This document shows, one piece after another, positions 1 through 19,829 of a stretch of 64,000 nucleotides of DNA. The notes beneath the pieces were generated by a model that was not told where the DNA came from, ran no database searches, and saw only the letters and a program-made list of their open reading frames with translations. The translations under genes and the position numbers were made by a program. Every line of letters begins with the position of its first letter. Positions within the stretch are counted from its first letter, which is position 1. Source of the stretch: Amoeboaphelidium protococcarum X5 (lineage: Eukaryota; Fungi; Aphelidiomycota); the NCBI GenBank assembly GCA_023515725.1, contig JALDTO010000266.1, forward strand, positions 1,217,580 to 1,281,579, written 5' to 3'.

Positions 1-444
1 CATGCTCTGTCAGAGCTGCCTGACATGGATCAGGATTAGTTGATGCGTGCAGTGTAGGTAAAGCCAGGAAATTTGGTGACCTGTGAGCAGTTGGAGTCGC
101 CGTTATACTGCTTGGCGTTAAAGATGTGTATGGATGCAGTTTTCCCCCAGCAGTCATACGCCGGTGATATTCTGTAAAACTTGAAACGTGCCCATACGAG
201 CTCTTTCCGTCTGGACAGTCTGAAGCAGCAGATTGTCCAGATTGAGTCAACATCTTTGCCTACTTAAGACATGTCCAAGTGTGCGAAATGCGGTGAGATC
301 AAAGTTGCAGAATGCATGACGTGCAACTGTTCATTTTGCAATGTCCATTCAGCTGATCACGCCGCACACGCAACCACTCTAGAAGAGTCTGATCCTGGCT
401 CCGACTCGATGTCAAGTGGCGATACGCATGACTCAAATATTTGA
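1..444 (+). CDS. 3' part of a gene with a C-terminal B-box-like zinc finger (5' partial)
   Basis: Frame 1 is open to TGA 442-444 if TAR=Gln; it contains KCAKCGEIKVAECMTCNCSFCNVHSADHAAH (CxxC-x7-CxxC-x4-CxxH-x3-HxxH). Confidence 0.6.
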
Positions 445-854
445 GTGGTTCAATGGATCTTGGATATCTAGTTGGCGGTGATTATTCAATACTATGTTGC
501 AGGATTAACGGTAAATATTATGAGTGAATAAAATAGTAATGGAAGCTGTGTCTTCTCTCCGGGCTTGTGTATTCATCCGGGTTGTTCTTCTGGCGCCCTC
601 ACTGCGTGCTCAGTGACCCATCTAGCATCAGCCCAATTTCTTGTTACGTATAAATCGGTTGGCGCGTACGTCGATGGGCAAGACTTTAAGCAAACCGTCA
701 GTTTACTGTCAATTGATAAGATACTTTGCGCGTGATAGTATTTTCCAGCTATCATCAAGGTGTAAAAGATAAATCAATATTCCCAGTTTTACTTATTTTA
801 CGTAAACTCGTAACTAATGCAGTAGTAATATCAATACGCCTTAACGTTTTGATA

Positions 855-2141
855 ATGAAGCAACCCGCAGCTCCAGAATTTGGCCTGAGTACTAGAGCTA
901 TTCACTGCTCTGAAGGGGACACATCTTGTACTTAAGCCTGCCCCATAGCGCCACCTAATTACACGTCAACCACCTACTTGTAACCGGGAGAGTTTATCTA
1001 TGGTAGAATTGAGAGTCCCAACGTGGTGCTGGCAGAGAAGACTCTGGCTTAAATGTCAACTGGTGCACCGGATCCCCTGTATGTGTCAGTGTTTTGTAGC
1101 GGTATGGCAGCGATCCAAGCCGTGTTGTACCATTGTCAGCCTCAAGTCATCTACTATCTCTGTGGTTATTATTAGAGTTGCCGCGCTATTAATGCTTATT
1201 GTGATAGATCTCATGGCTGGGCTGTCTGTCACGATATGACTAGTAACTGGTCTGACTCGTCAACCATACCTGATGGCGATGTTAGCAATAATACTCTTGT
1301 CTGGATAGAGTCTCCCATGAATGAGACCGGTTTCCTAATAAGCCAGAGATTGCCGCGCGTTTATGCTCAGTTGTTGAGTGGTGATAGAAAGTTCAAAGTA
1401 GCTGTTGATAACACTATGGCGCCTTATCCTCTATAAGATGCTATGAGATATATCGCACCTGATTTTTTGGTATGTTCTCTGACTAAATTTCATGGCGGAC
1501 ACGCTGACGTTCAAGGTGGAATGGTTGCCACTTCAAGTCATAGCGACAGCGTAGTTTTGAAAGAGTAACGTACACTGCTTGGCACTGTAATGTAAAGTCA
1601 TGATGCTTGGATGCTTGTAAGAAGTTTAATGACTTTTGATTTGCGTCTGACAAAACAGCGTGACAGTGTGAAGGTGGTTGTTGCATATTTGACTTAAAGT
1701 CTAGATCGTGGTGTTTACACTGACTTTCCACATTACATTGAACACTTTGATCACATCATACGTCAAGTGCTGCATCCTCTTGTACAAGACCCTGTATGCA
1801 AAGTGATAAGTCCTGTATTCTCCCTTATATTCAAGACTGGGAAATTGGCGAGACAGTTTAGTTAATGCGGCATGCTGCAAGATGATCACGCTAATAAATC
1901 AAATACTTTGACTGGTGGCGAGACTCGACTGAAAGTCTTCAAAACTGCAACGTCGTTTGGTGGTGTGCACTCACTCATAGATTACAGAGCGTAGTATGAT
2001 AACAAAAAACAGTAAAGCACTTAATCTGGTCAGGACATGGATGACAGCGAAGATTAATGTCTTGTCAGAGTGAGTATTGGTTGCGAAGACGCGAAAGATT
2101 TGTGCTGGGATCTATTTCTGTGCCTATCATCTTTATTGTGA
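855..2141 (+). CDS. PLP-dependent Cys/Met metabolism enzyme (cystathionine gamma-lyase/synthase family), divergent
   Basis: GLSTRAIH, STTY, YGRIESPN, SGMAAI, WIESPMN, VDNT, SLTKFHGGHADVQGG (PLP lysine), TSFGGVHSLI, LVRVSIGCED; one frame from ATG 855 to TGA 2139-2141. Confidence 0.85.
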
Positions 2142-2479
2142 CAAATAGTGTTTTAAAGTGCTGTAATATTGAGTTGTTTACAGTGTTCTGCATTTTGTGA
2201 TAAAATCACATTATATATTCAGCTTTAATATAAACACACATTTTGATGATATACTTACTGCGTTGCAATTGGGAGTGTTACCATCGCTCCACCAAAAGCG
2301 TGCAACGTTGAATGTGACGCGAGCCTCGTGGTGGCAAATCAGAATGGCGATAACTGACCGCGTATTGAGGGGGGATCAAGACTTTCACTCCATTGAGTAG
2401 ATAGTAAATATTTCACGTCTACAATAATCTATAATAAATCTAAAATAAATAGGTTATATTAATTATACAGTATTAAAGA

Positions 2480-3226
2480 ATGTCTAGAGTAAATTATGCC
2501 GTGTCGATGCTGCAACTGCTTCTGATAACAATCACCACGGTCAGTGCTCAAATTGATTGGCAAGGCAAACAACTGGCGTAATCTACCGTGTTTGGCAATA
2601 AATATGATGGGCAGACTATTTTATTCTCTTAGCAATAGCCCAATGGCGCGTAATTTCCATACTTGAAGACTGATACCGATGGCTTGGTTGGATCTAATGA
2701 TTACCTGCCACCGAGCAATATTCTCGTCTCTGTATACCTCTTGAATCTCGATACTGGACTGGATTTGAAGCTGGTGTCTAATTTTGATCCTCAAAAGCAA
2801 TAATGCTCGTGCTATTACTTAAGTGCTGTCGAACTGCTTGCAAAGTATGGAAACTAGATTGTACCTAGTCGCAATTACCAGATTCTGTTCTAGGATGATT
2901 TTTATCAGCCAATTCCCGGCGATAATAACGCCACCTATCGCGGTAGATGGGCCTCTGGTCTATTCGGTATCGCGTCAAATAACGGTACCATCAGTCGTCT
3001 ACCTGCACCTCAGACTGATAAAGTTGACTTGGCTCTGGATCACGTCACGGGTCAGAATGTGTTTGTTCCATCTATTCTATACGGCTAGGGTACTGATCTT
3101 GATCTCACACTTAACAATACGCGTTCTCGCAGTAATTCTGCTTCATCATTGAGTGGACATGGCTACTCGCTTCTATTAACCTCACTAATATCTGGCCTGT
3201 CCATGATTATTTCTACGTTTCTATGA
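2480..3226 (+). CDS. Putative secreted GPI-anchored surface protein (CSC-motif family, paralog of 24447..25163)
   Basis: Hydrophobic N-terminus (MSRVNYAVSMLQLLLITITTVSA), Ser-rich linker and hydrophobic C-terminal tail (YSLLLTSLISGLSMIISTFL*); 248 aa. Confidence 0.7.
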
Positions 3227-3411
3227 TTGATTTTATTTAATTTAATTTTGCCAATTTAATTTGAATTCATACTATTACACTGTTCTCTCCTGTGTTAAAG
3301 TCGCGTCAGTTTTTTCACTTTAACGTTTTCACTCGAAGCGATCAAGAGCTCTCTTAACCTCAATTTTGCGCATATTATTCTTTTAGAGAATTCAATATTA
3401 GAAATTACATA

Positions 3412-4185
3412 ATGACTGAAGTAGAGAGTAAATTGGTAAGTTGAACATTATATAGAGTTAATTTAGCGATAAATTTTAATTCTCAGAATGTGTAGAAAGA
3501 GCAGGAGCAGTAAGAAAAGGAACCTCAAGTAGTAGCATCCACCGCCTAGGATAATGAGGACGATGATCAGCCTGAAGAGTCTGTCGATGTCCACTTTGAG
3601 CCGGTAATCAAGCTTGAGCACAAAGTTGAGGTGAAGACTCATGAAGAGGAAGAGCATCCAGTGTTCAAGATGCGTGCCAAGCTATTCAGACACGACAAGG
3701 ATGCTGGCGAGTGGAAGGAGCGAGGTACTGGAGATGTGCGTCTGCTGCAGCACAAGCTTTCCCATCGCGTCAGATTGGTGATGCGTCGTGATAAGACTCA
3801 TAAAGTCTGCGCCAACCATTACATTACAAATGATATGGAGCTGGTGCCTAACGTTGGTAGCGATCGCTCTTGGGTGTATAATGTCGCTCTTGACTATGCG
3901 GAGGGTGAGGCTACTGCAGAGACGCTGGCTATCAGATTTGCGAATGCTGAGAATGCAAACAAGTTTAAGGAGTTGTTCGAGACGTGCAAGAAGGTGAATG
4001 ATCTTCTATCTCAGGGCAAGTCTAAGGATGAAGTGCCTCAGCTGGTTCCATTGAAGGAAGTTGAAAAGGAGGAGGGTAGCGAGGCTGCAAAGAAGGAAAA
4101 AGAGGCTGCCGCTGCGTCCACGTCATCCACTCAGTCCAGTGCTGCTGCTCCGGCCGAAGCTGGAAAGGATAAAGCTGAAAAGTGA
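3412..4185 (+). CDS. YRB1: Ran-binding protein 1 (RanBD); join(3412..3435,3487..4185)
   Basis: [51 protein letters not shown]; GTAAGT...CAG intron 3436..3486. Confidence 0.95.
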
Positions 4186-4342
4186 GTTCTAAGTTTAGTC
4201 CTTTATCAACCTATCTCTCAGAAGTTATTAATGGGGCTTGGATGACTGAGTACTAACATGATTGATCATATTAAAAAGACTGAAAAGTACGATTCATATC
4301 ACATTCTCAACTTCTTTTATTAATTTTTAACCTTCATTGCAC

Positions 4343-11401
<7,059 letters not shown>

Positions 11402-11885
11402 ACGGTGCTAAGATGTCATACTGTTGAAGATTGGGAGGTATTGATGTCGTTATTGAAGAAGGAGATAAAATTTGGCGACAAGGAATGAGGAACGTACAGT
11501 ATAAAGATAGGTGCGAAGAAGAATGAAGTCGCGAGGGCGGCTCTCACTTGAAAGCAAACACGGAGACTAAAAAAGGTTACGATAAAGATGTGGACAAGAC
11601 TTTCGTGAAAGTAATGATAATCATTCATTTTCAGTCGATTAAAACAAGTCATCATAAGAGCGCTGCACCTATTCCATGTGTTTGAGGTTGGCTTAGTGGT
11701 CATTGATTTCACCTAAGCCCAACAGTAAACACCCACCACTCCCAAGGCAATTTGATTCCAACCTTGCAATCCCGTAAAAAATTTGTCACATTACCACTTG
11801 CAATCGCTATTCCCAGAGCGATTATATACGCGACGCAAGCAGCGCTCAATATTAATTTAATAACAGTCATCTATCCAAGAATTCA

Positions 11886-11906
11886 ATATATATATATATA
11901 TATATA
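11886..11906. repeat. (AT)n microsatellite
   Basis: About 10 AT units immediately downstream of the stop of the frameshifted coiled-coil gene. Confidence 0.9.
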
Positions 11907-11908
11907 AC

Positions 11909-12213
11909 TCAGAGGAAACGGAAAGCAGAAATTACCATTTAATTAGCGAGATTGTAAGAGGCCGTTGATTTAGCAATAGCGAGACGCGAATCTCGCATCT
12001 TACCCTTAATATCTCTTACATCAGCAGCAATCTTTTAGACATCTCGTCTCAGCTGAGCATTGTCTTTCTTCAACTGCGCATTCTCTGCCTTAAACTCAGC
12101 ATAATCATTTTCTGCTAAGCATTGTCTAAAATCAACTGAGCGTTGATTTTGCTTTAAGCGTCCAACTATTGTTCAATGCTACGAGCCCAATCTAAGGTAG
12201 GTTATGAAGCCAT
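11909..12213 (-). pseudogene. Small coiled-coil protein gene with a 1-nt frameshift (paralog of 12768..13160)
   Basis: MASQPTLDWARSIEQQLDA...QQK / DYAEFKAENAQLKKDNAQLRRDVQKIAADVRDIKGKMRD...*; ATG-to-TGA span is 305 nt; the frame breaks in a 4-A run near 12108-12111. Confidence 0.65.
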
Positions 12214-12767
12214 GTCTCACAGTAGAAGTATTAGAAATTATTAAATGAAATCGAGTGAAATGTTTACGCGGAATAGAAGTAGACCCTATATCCTGTAAGT
12301 GGCAAGAAATCTTTGAAACAGCTCTGATTGGAAACGAATTTCCCGAATTAAGTAGAAACACAAGGCCATTCGACGAAAGTTGCTAGGAGATGTTTGGAAG
12401 AAATAAGGCAACGCCAAAAATTAGATATTCTTGACGCCCACTCAAGTATCTGCAACACCAGATAAAATAAATTGTGTTTTGAATAGATCTCTGAAACCAT
12501 CGATTGATATACCTATATTCGAACTATACCTGAGACTGAGACTGTGAATTTGAAATGAAATGGCTCTGAGTCAATACAGAAGTAGATACGCGTAAGTGGC
12601 AAAAAAATTGATGTCGTGTAGGGGAATTGGGAATTGATGATTTTTATTTAGGTATCATTTTATTTGCAACACTCTTATTTTGAAGTTAAGCCGGGCACTT
12701 ATTTGCAGCAACAGTACACAGAGCGACAGCTAAGTAAACACCACCTTCGCATCATATTTGTCACAAA

Positions 12768-13160
12768 TCAAAAGAGATACGAAGCGGATTTCTACACTTT
12801 AGGCATTAGAGCACGAGGTGCAGTAGAATTCGGCATAGCGCGGTATTAATCTCTCATATTTCTTCTGATACCTCTAACATCAGCAGCGAGCTGTGAAACA
12901 TCCCTCTTTAATTGATCAACTTCTTTCCTCAATTGTTCATTTCCTTTAAATATTAAAGCATTCTCTTTGAATATTTAAGCATTCTCTTTGAATATTTAAG
13001 CATTCTCTTTGAATATTTAAGCATTCTCTTTGAATATTTAAGCATTCTCTTTGAATATTTAAGCATTCTCATTCAGCACTATAGCGCTCTTTGCTAGTGA
13101 CGCGTCTAGTTTCTGCTCGATTTTAATGCACCACTCTTAAAACGTTTCCGGATACTACAT
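12768..13160 (-). CDS. Small coiled-coil protein (130 aa) with a heptad tandem repeat
   Basis: MQYPETFQEWCIKIEQKLDA...(ENAQIFK)x5...QLKRDVSQLAADVRGIRRNMRD...YLF*. Confidence 0.7.
12956..13070. repeat. Perfect 21-bp tandem repeat, about 5.5 copies (aagcattctctttgaatattt)
   Basis: Direct inspection; encodes the heptad ENAQIFK on the minus strand, with Q encoded by TAA. Confidence 0.95.
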
Positions 13161-13485
13161 AGTTTGAAGCAATTTTGATATTCGATGAATAAATACTAAT
13201 GTGAAAATGTATTGCGGTAAATTTACAAATGATAAATCAAATAGCGCAATGTAACACGAAAATCTTTGGACCATCTATGATTGGACCCAACACCGTAACG
13301 TAGCTTGGACACATTTTTCACTATAGTCATGTATTGGATGAAACCTAAAAATGCGCAACAGGCACTATCTCGTGTATTTCAAGAGAAATTAAAATAATTT
13401 AAAGACAATGACAATTTGACTTGAATTGAGCAATAGTACCGTATAACAATTGCGCAGTCGCTATGTGGACAATAAAAATCACTAC

Positions 13486-14161
13486 TCAAACGGCCCTCTT
13501 CACCTCAAAGAAACGCGTCAGGTACCAGACTTGGAATAAACAACTGCCGAATACCACCACAACTTGCAGCAATGACCACCATAGAACACGTTCGTTAGTG
13601 CTCTCAGCCGTATTTCTGTGTATACGCTCCCTATGCACAATGTATTACTGCTCTTCTCTCACTGCACGTAATCCCTCTCTCAGCAAGCGTAACTCCTTCT
13701 CCAGCGGATCTATAGCATCATTCTTGTTCGCCTACATGGTGTTAAGAAGGTTCCCATTACAAAACTCATTGTATTAAAGTAATTTGCCTTAAACACAAAA
13801 ACATTACCTTTGCAACATCATCTTTAAACACGTAGAAGGAGACCAATTTACTTGGGTGATTCTAGTTCTTATTGCGGAAACAGTACTTGTAACTGCCTTC
13901 ACCGAAATCTTTAGAATCCACTTTGCCCTCAAAAGATGGACTGTCTTTAATATCTTTTATCAGTTAACCATTAGGCGACAGTATTTTAAAATCTGCATTA
14001 AACTCTGGGCCATCTTAAACTTGATATCCCACAGACACGACTTGTCCAGTGGAAACTTGTTCACTGAAGCAAATCTCTTCGTTCGGATACAACTCAATGG
14101 TATAGCCAAGAATCGACTGTGAGATGCCAAGTATAACAAATAACTTTAACAGACTATTCAT
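13486..14161 (-). CDS. EMP24: p24/GOLD cargo receptor, Emp24/TMED2-like; complement(join(13486..13731,13808..14161))
   Basis: Signal peptide, EICF...YKYCFRN GOLD cysteines, RERIHRNTAESTNERVLWWS, transmembrane segment, FFEVKRAV* tail; GT-AG intron 13732..13807. Confidence 0.9.
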
Positions 14162-14463
14162 TCTAAGTGGATTTTAATTTTAGTCAAATAAGAGTGTTTT
14201 CAACACGAAGAAGTTGAAGAATCTGGCCGTAACAGAGAATTTCACAGCAAAATAATCACTAAAGAGAGAAAGGAGCCTCTTAAAGACCTTTGAGTGGGAG
14301 TTGACTGAATTGTTCTCGCGTGATCACTTCTACTCCGTTTAGGCGTTTGGGTGCGAACGAGCGCGGTCAATGGTAATTTCGCCGTGTCTATTTCAAAGCA
14401 TATACCGTATTAAAGAACTACTGTATTACTCCAGGCAATAACAATTTATTACTGCATTAATTA

Positions 14464-15657
14464 ATGACTTAGAAAGTTTATAATTTTACCGCTGGTCCTA
14501 GTAAATTGCCAGAGGAGGTTGTACAGCGAGTGTAAAGTGAGATTTGCAACTTTAATGGTAAAGGCTGCAGTGTGATGGAGATTAGTCATCGCGATCCGAG
14601 CATTGTAGCAATGGTTAAAGAGTTGACGCAGACGGTGTATGATCTCTACCACTTGGATAAAGATCAGTGGGCAGTCTGTTGGATGTCTGGCGGTGGTGCC
14701 ACTTTATAATTTAGTGCATGGCTGATGAACTTGTTGCATGATTTAAGTGATGACGACGATGAATGCGTAGACTTTATTATCACTGGCTGTTGGTCGTAGA
14801 AATCGTTTGAAGAGGCGCGTCGCTTGATTGGCGACAGAGCTCGCTGTGTTGTTGACACGATGAAGGTGAATGGCTCACATAATGGTCATCTACCTCCACC
14901 ATCTGAATGGAATTGGAATACCGACGGCAAGTAGGCCAAGTATGTGTACTATTGCAGCAACGAAACTGTACATGGTGTTGAATGGCCAAAGGATGCTAAT
15001 CCCCTTACTGTTGGAGGGTGTCCGTATCAGGATGCCATGTTGGTGTCTGACATTTCATCAAATGCTCTATCTCGGTAAATACCGTAGAATATTTTAAATC
15101 GTCATGCTTTATTATATGGCGGTGTTTAAAAGAACATTGGTCCCGCTGGATTGACAATGATTATCGTTCGCATGTCTCTGCTTGAACTCTAACACAAGCA
15201 TTGTCTACCCGTGGCTTTAAGTTACAAAGTCGCGTTCGACAATGATGCTCTCTACAACACACCAAACGTTTGGTCAATTTACGTGTCCAATTTGGTTCTG
15301 CAATGGATTAAAAATTATAAGCATAATACCTGTACGGGCCTTGAGGCTATAGAGTAGAGAAATTTGTAGAAATCAACGTAGCTGTATGACTTTCTTGATA
15401 GTCATAGCGCGTAGTTTGAATGTCCCGTTAACAAGGCGTACAGATCGAGAATGAATGTGGTGTTTCGAATCCGCGTAAATGGCGCGCCTGACTCTGGCTT
15501 GGAAAAGAAGACTGTGGCGAATGCAGAAAAGTAGGCGAGTATAATTGGAATTGGTGGCCATAGATCAGTGGGAGGACTGCGCGCTAGCTTGTACAATGCT
15601 GTCTCACTGGATGATCTTCAGGCTCTGATTGACTATTTGAAACAAATTGAACTGTGA
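14464..15657 (+). CDS. SER1: Phosphoserine aminotransferase
   Basis: [71 protein letters not shown]. Confidence 0.95.
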
Positions 15658-15802
15658 TATAGTTTGCATTAACCAGCGCTCTCTTTAATCTCTTGAGATC
15701 GCTCTCTTCTCTCTTCATCTGCCCCAATCACACGATCGTTTCTCAACAATTCTCTTGTTGCTGTTCAAGTCAAAGATTATCTCACCTTGGCACGGTATTA
15801 AA

Positions 15803-16699
15803 ATGGAAGATAATGGGAAGGTGTTTGAATGCCACTTTGATGGGTGTGGTAAAAAGTATCCGTGTTTTAGTAAATTGCAGATTCATTTGAATTCTCATAA
15901 TAATATCAGGCCATTCTAGTGTGATATATGTGATAAAGCTTACATTCGGAAAGATCATCTGCAGGATCACTTTAGACGACAGCACGGTGACGCGTAGACA
16001 GAAAAGTGCCATCAATGTGAGCATTGTGAAAAGTCATTTTACACTAAATAGTAGCTGTAGAGGCATTGCAAATCTCATCATCTCACTATTGATTAGGCGT
16101 CAAGATTTTTTGCATGCACTTACAACGAGTGTAATGCTAAATTTGTAAAGAAGGCTCAATTGCTTTAGCACGTATAGACGGTACATGAAATTAAAGATAG
16201 TAGTTATTATGCGTGTGGTATTGATGGCTGTGAGTGGTCATTTCCCTATCCTTCTAAACTAATGGTCCATCGTTCGTGTCATTTGCGAAAAGACACCCCA
16301 GCACACTTTGCATGTGGATTTAATGATTGTACATTGGTGTTTGACTCTGCTCTGTAGTTGAATTAACACATAAACGACGTGCATAATAATGTGGCACAAC
16401 AATGTCCTCACTGTGGAATTTAGTTGAAAAATAAGACTTCACTCTAGACTCATTTAAATTACGCGCACTCTGCCAATCGCACCTAGTCGTTTGACTGCAT
16501 TATATGTGGTCGAGTGTTTAGTACGTCGTATAATCTCAAAGCTCATATTGTCTCTGTACATCACAAAGGAAGCTCTGAATAATAATTCTAATGCTCAACA
16601 TGTAAACAATCATTCACCTGCAAAGGCTCTCTAAAACGCCATTAGACGCGTGCTAATTGCTCTCCTCCTATTGCGTCTACTCTCTATAATGTTGAATGA
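15803..16699 (+). CDS. Nine-finger C2H2 zinc finger protein, TFIIIA-like
   Basis: Nine tandem Cx2-4C...Hx3-4H fingers (the last is C2HC); first finger FECHFDGCGKKY..SKLQIHLNSHNNIRPF resembles TFIIIA finger 1. Confidence 0.8.
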
Positions 16700-17800
16700 A
16701 TCTATTATCAAATGTAAATGATATTTAAGGTGCTTATTTTAGGCCCATATTTATTGTCATAAGTTTGTGGTATCAATACAATGATCGTTACAAATCATAA
16801 GAATTTGAATTTTAAAAACTTTACATTGTTTTGATGTGTTGTTACCCTATTGCATTACCTCATGTAACGTCTCTATTCTCGTATGAAATAGATAAACTGT
16901 GAGGACATGGGAATAAGTCTAAGCAAGATAACACGATAATCATAATTGATATCAACTTGAAATTAAGTGTTGTGGTGAACGAAATCTGATAGTTTAAAGG
17001 GCTTAATTAAGGTTAATCTATTTCTTTGTATGTCGTTCAAGATCATCCTTTCTGAAAAGTGATCAATAATATCAAATACATATCAGTTGTCACTTACTTT
17101 ATCTCACCTTATATTCGACAAACTGTACATTATAAGTGTGTATGAAGTTTATTTGAAACTCGCATTAAGAGATGTGAATATTAATAATAAGTCAGTGGTT
17201 CAACTGCACAAGTAAGTAATCACGTATTGTAGTCATGCTAGAATAGTTCTAGTGGAAAACGCGCCGATAAATTTTTTTTACAGCTATAGATGTAGTCTTT
17301 ACATTGTTTCGAAACCACATCTCTGCTGCAATTGGCATATCGAATAGGCAAACTTTTACACTATCTTCAGTATTCAGACCCCTAATATGAAATAAGTTTG
17401 TTAATAGATTTAGTTCTATTATGCATACACTGAACTTCTCATTTTTGTCTAGAACCACTGATTATTATTTATTACATGCTTTCCTGAAATATATTCGGTT
17501 GCTTGGACGGCAAACATGTCAAAAGCAAAAAAAACAACTCTATAAACGAGATAATTAGCCATGACAGGAAGCAAAAGGTATCAACTTTAGACAAATCTTA
17601 AGCTGGCATTTCTGTAAAGTCGTGATAGATTTATCAGGAATTGAGTTTACCAGTAAAATACAGCATATTTGTGCAATTAGATTTAATTAGGAGTTATACT
17701 TTAAGCGCCCCATTGCTATCATCACACAATTGGCGACAGTAGTGTTCCGACAGGCAGACATCGTAACAATACAATCTTTTTAGCAAAAAATGCAAAAATA

Positions 17801-17874
17801 CTCTCCCGGGCAGGATTGAACTACCGACCTCTCGATTAACAGTCGAACGCTCTAACCAGCTGAGCTACAGGAGT
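17801..17874 (-). tRNA. tRNA-Asn(GTT), intronless
   Basis: ACTCCTG TA GCTC AGCTGGTTA GAGC G TTCGA CTGTTAA TCGAG AGGTC GGTAG TTCAATC CTGCC CGGGAGA G folds as a cloverleaf; G73 discriminator; followed by T-runs (Pol III terminator). Confidence 0.95.
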
Positions 17875-18104
17875 TGTAAACTTTTTCGGATGAAATGAAA
17901 TTTCGTGTTGACTCATAATTCAACATTTTATTAGATAGGTTTAAAGGAAATTCCAACCTGACCGTTTAACGAATTTTTGTGGATAGCCAAGTAAATCTGG
18001 ATGCTGACACGGATAAGAACGATAGATATATTTCCAAAATGTGTAAAAGTAGATGAGGTGAGTCCTGTGTATCACAGAAGTAATATTTTGTATTTATTGC
18101 GCGA

Positions 18105-19829
18105 TCACACCTCAAGTTCAAGCACAAATTATTTCAATCCCGGAATTTCTCCGACCTGTGAACTTACTTGTTTCTCCAAAAACTTTTGCTTTTTAAACCT
18201 GGCAAAGCGATGTGGAGGCACTACAAAATACAACTGTGGATCAGCTTATAATTTGCACAGCTGTTTCAGGACTTGAACGCCACGTATAGAATGTTCGGCA
18301 CCGACGGTAAACTAAAACATCCCTTGTTTGCTAATAGAATCCACCGCAGGAAACTGGTCATCGTCCGACGGCTCGTAGTAAGAATCCAGAGGAGGTTTCG
18401 GGATATTATTTTTTCCCATGGGAATTCGTTCTCCATTCAGTTTATCCAACTAAAGTTCTGACTCAGTATCATCCTCCAAGCTGCGACACTTCAACTTTTT
18501 CCCGCCCTTTGAAAGTATCCGATGACCATAAATCTCATACAAATGCCTTGAAATCTCATCTGGACTGCCGCCAAACATCTCTTTCAGGTTGGTAATCATT
18601 TCTGCGTAATGATGATCCCACAGCTGTTCTCCCACATACTTGGATGCAATATCGGCATACAAAAATTGATACTGAAATCCTTGCCTCTCCCCGACTAGCA
18701 TGAGCAGTAAGGTGTGAGTCATCTCAAACATCTCGCTCGGCAAACCAATAGCGCGCAGACTTTTTACGGCACTCGCGTCGGCCAACACAGTCTACATTTC
18801 AAGCGGATCCTTTCTCACATACGGTGCACCGGCCTTGAAGTCATAAAAGGCGAACCTTGCCACTCCTCCATACACATGAAAACGTTCAGCAAGTACGTCT
18901 GGGGGAAACGAAGGATAGCACTTCTGACGACAGGTTGATAGCTCCTCCAACGTCCAAACCGGGAAGTACCACACGGTAGCTTTCTGCGGCTTGACAAAAT
19001 CCTTGAAGTGGTCCGAGCGAGGAGACGATATGAATAGCGTGGTGCATGAAGACGGTAATGGATACGTATAACGTCCATCAACCACATAGAATGTGTCCTT
19101 ATCACAAATCAGAGCTGCAGGTTCGCGTCATTGTGCTCTTCCAAGTCAAAGCATTCGAACAGATTTCCTCTCTGATATACAATGCGCTTTGGCTTCCATG
19201 GGGAGTCATCGTTCATAATACGAAATAGGATGTATATAAAGAACAGCGATTTCCCTATTCCTGGTGTTCCTGAAATACCAAACCACGTTTCACCGGCAAT
19301 GATATTCTACAATAGCAATCCAAACACATCTTCATAACATTTCCGCACAAACAATCGTTGAATTTTCTCATGTAGAATCGGTAGATGCGTATTATTTTGC
19401 GATGAAATGCACCCATCAATCAGTTTTGCATTCACAAACGATTTCAAGCGCAACGCCAAATCATCCAACTTTTCGTTTTTTGGTAGCAGGTGCAACGCTT
19501 GTTTCCGACGACGACCGGCTAGACACACGAGAATCTGGAACCAATATCAGCAAAGCACTCTTCTTCTTCTTTCCTGCCTCTCCAAGATCACTGACAGGCG
19601 TCTCTTCACCCAGAGGCAAGCCCGTTAAATCAGCCTTGCTCCTGAACACCTTCAAATCGGACGAGTCGACATTGGGGAGGATAGCGGCATTCTCAGCTTT
19701 GACTGCTTTGCGGAGGTCGGCAATGTCATCAGTGGATTTCACATACACCTTATCGGCGGTAGAATTGCTGAATGGTGTGCCATCAGCCTGCACAAGAAAA
19801 TACCACATTCGTTGCTGGTTGCTCGACAT
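18105..19829 (-). pseudogene. Crinkler (CRN)-type effector: ubiquitin-like N-domain + P-loop NTPase + restriction-endonuclease-like C-domain; two frameshifts
   Basis: N-terminus WYFLV...DIADLRKAVKAEN...VDSSDLKVF...LLILVP; FVRKCYED, ISGTPGIGKS (Walker A), FISSP, PVWTLEEL, YGGVAR; C-terminus FPAVDS...MFQFTV..EH...LYFVVP...QFVLEL*. Frame changes near 19470 and near 19120. Confidence 0.85.

Noticed and set aside
12956-13070. CRISPR-like array
   Set aside because: Head-to-tail 21-bp units without spacers, inside a eukaryotic coding frame.
16750-17750. Possible gene in the AT-rich stretch before the tRNA (ORF 17249..17458)
   Set aside because: The frames I read are interrupted by TGA and show no recognisable motif; possibly decayed sequence.
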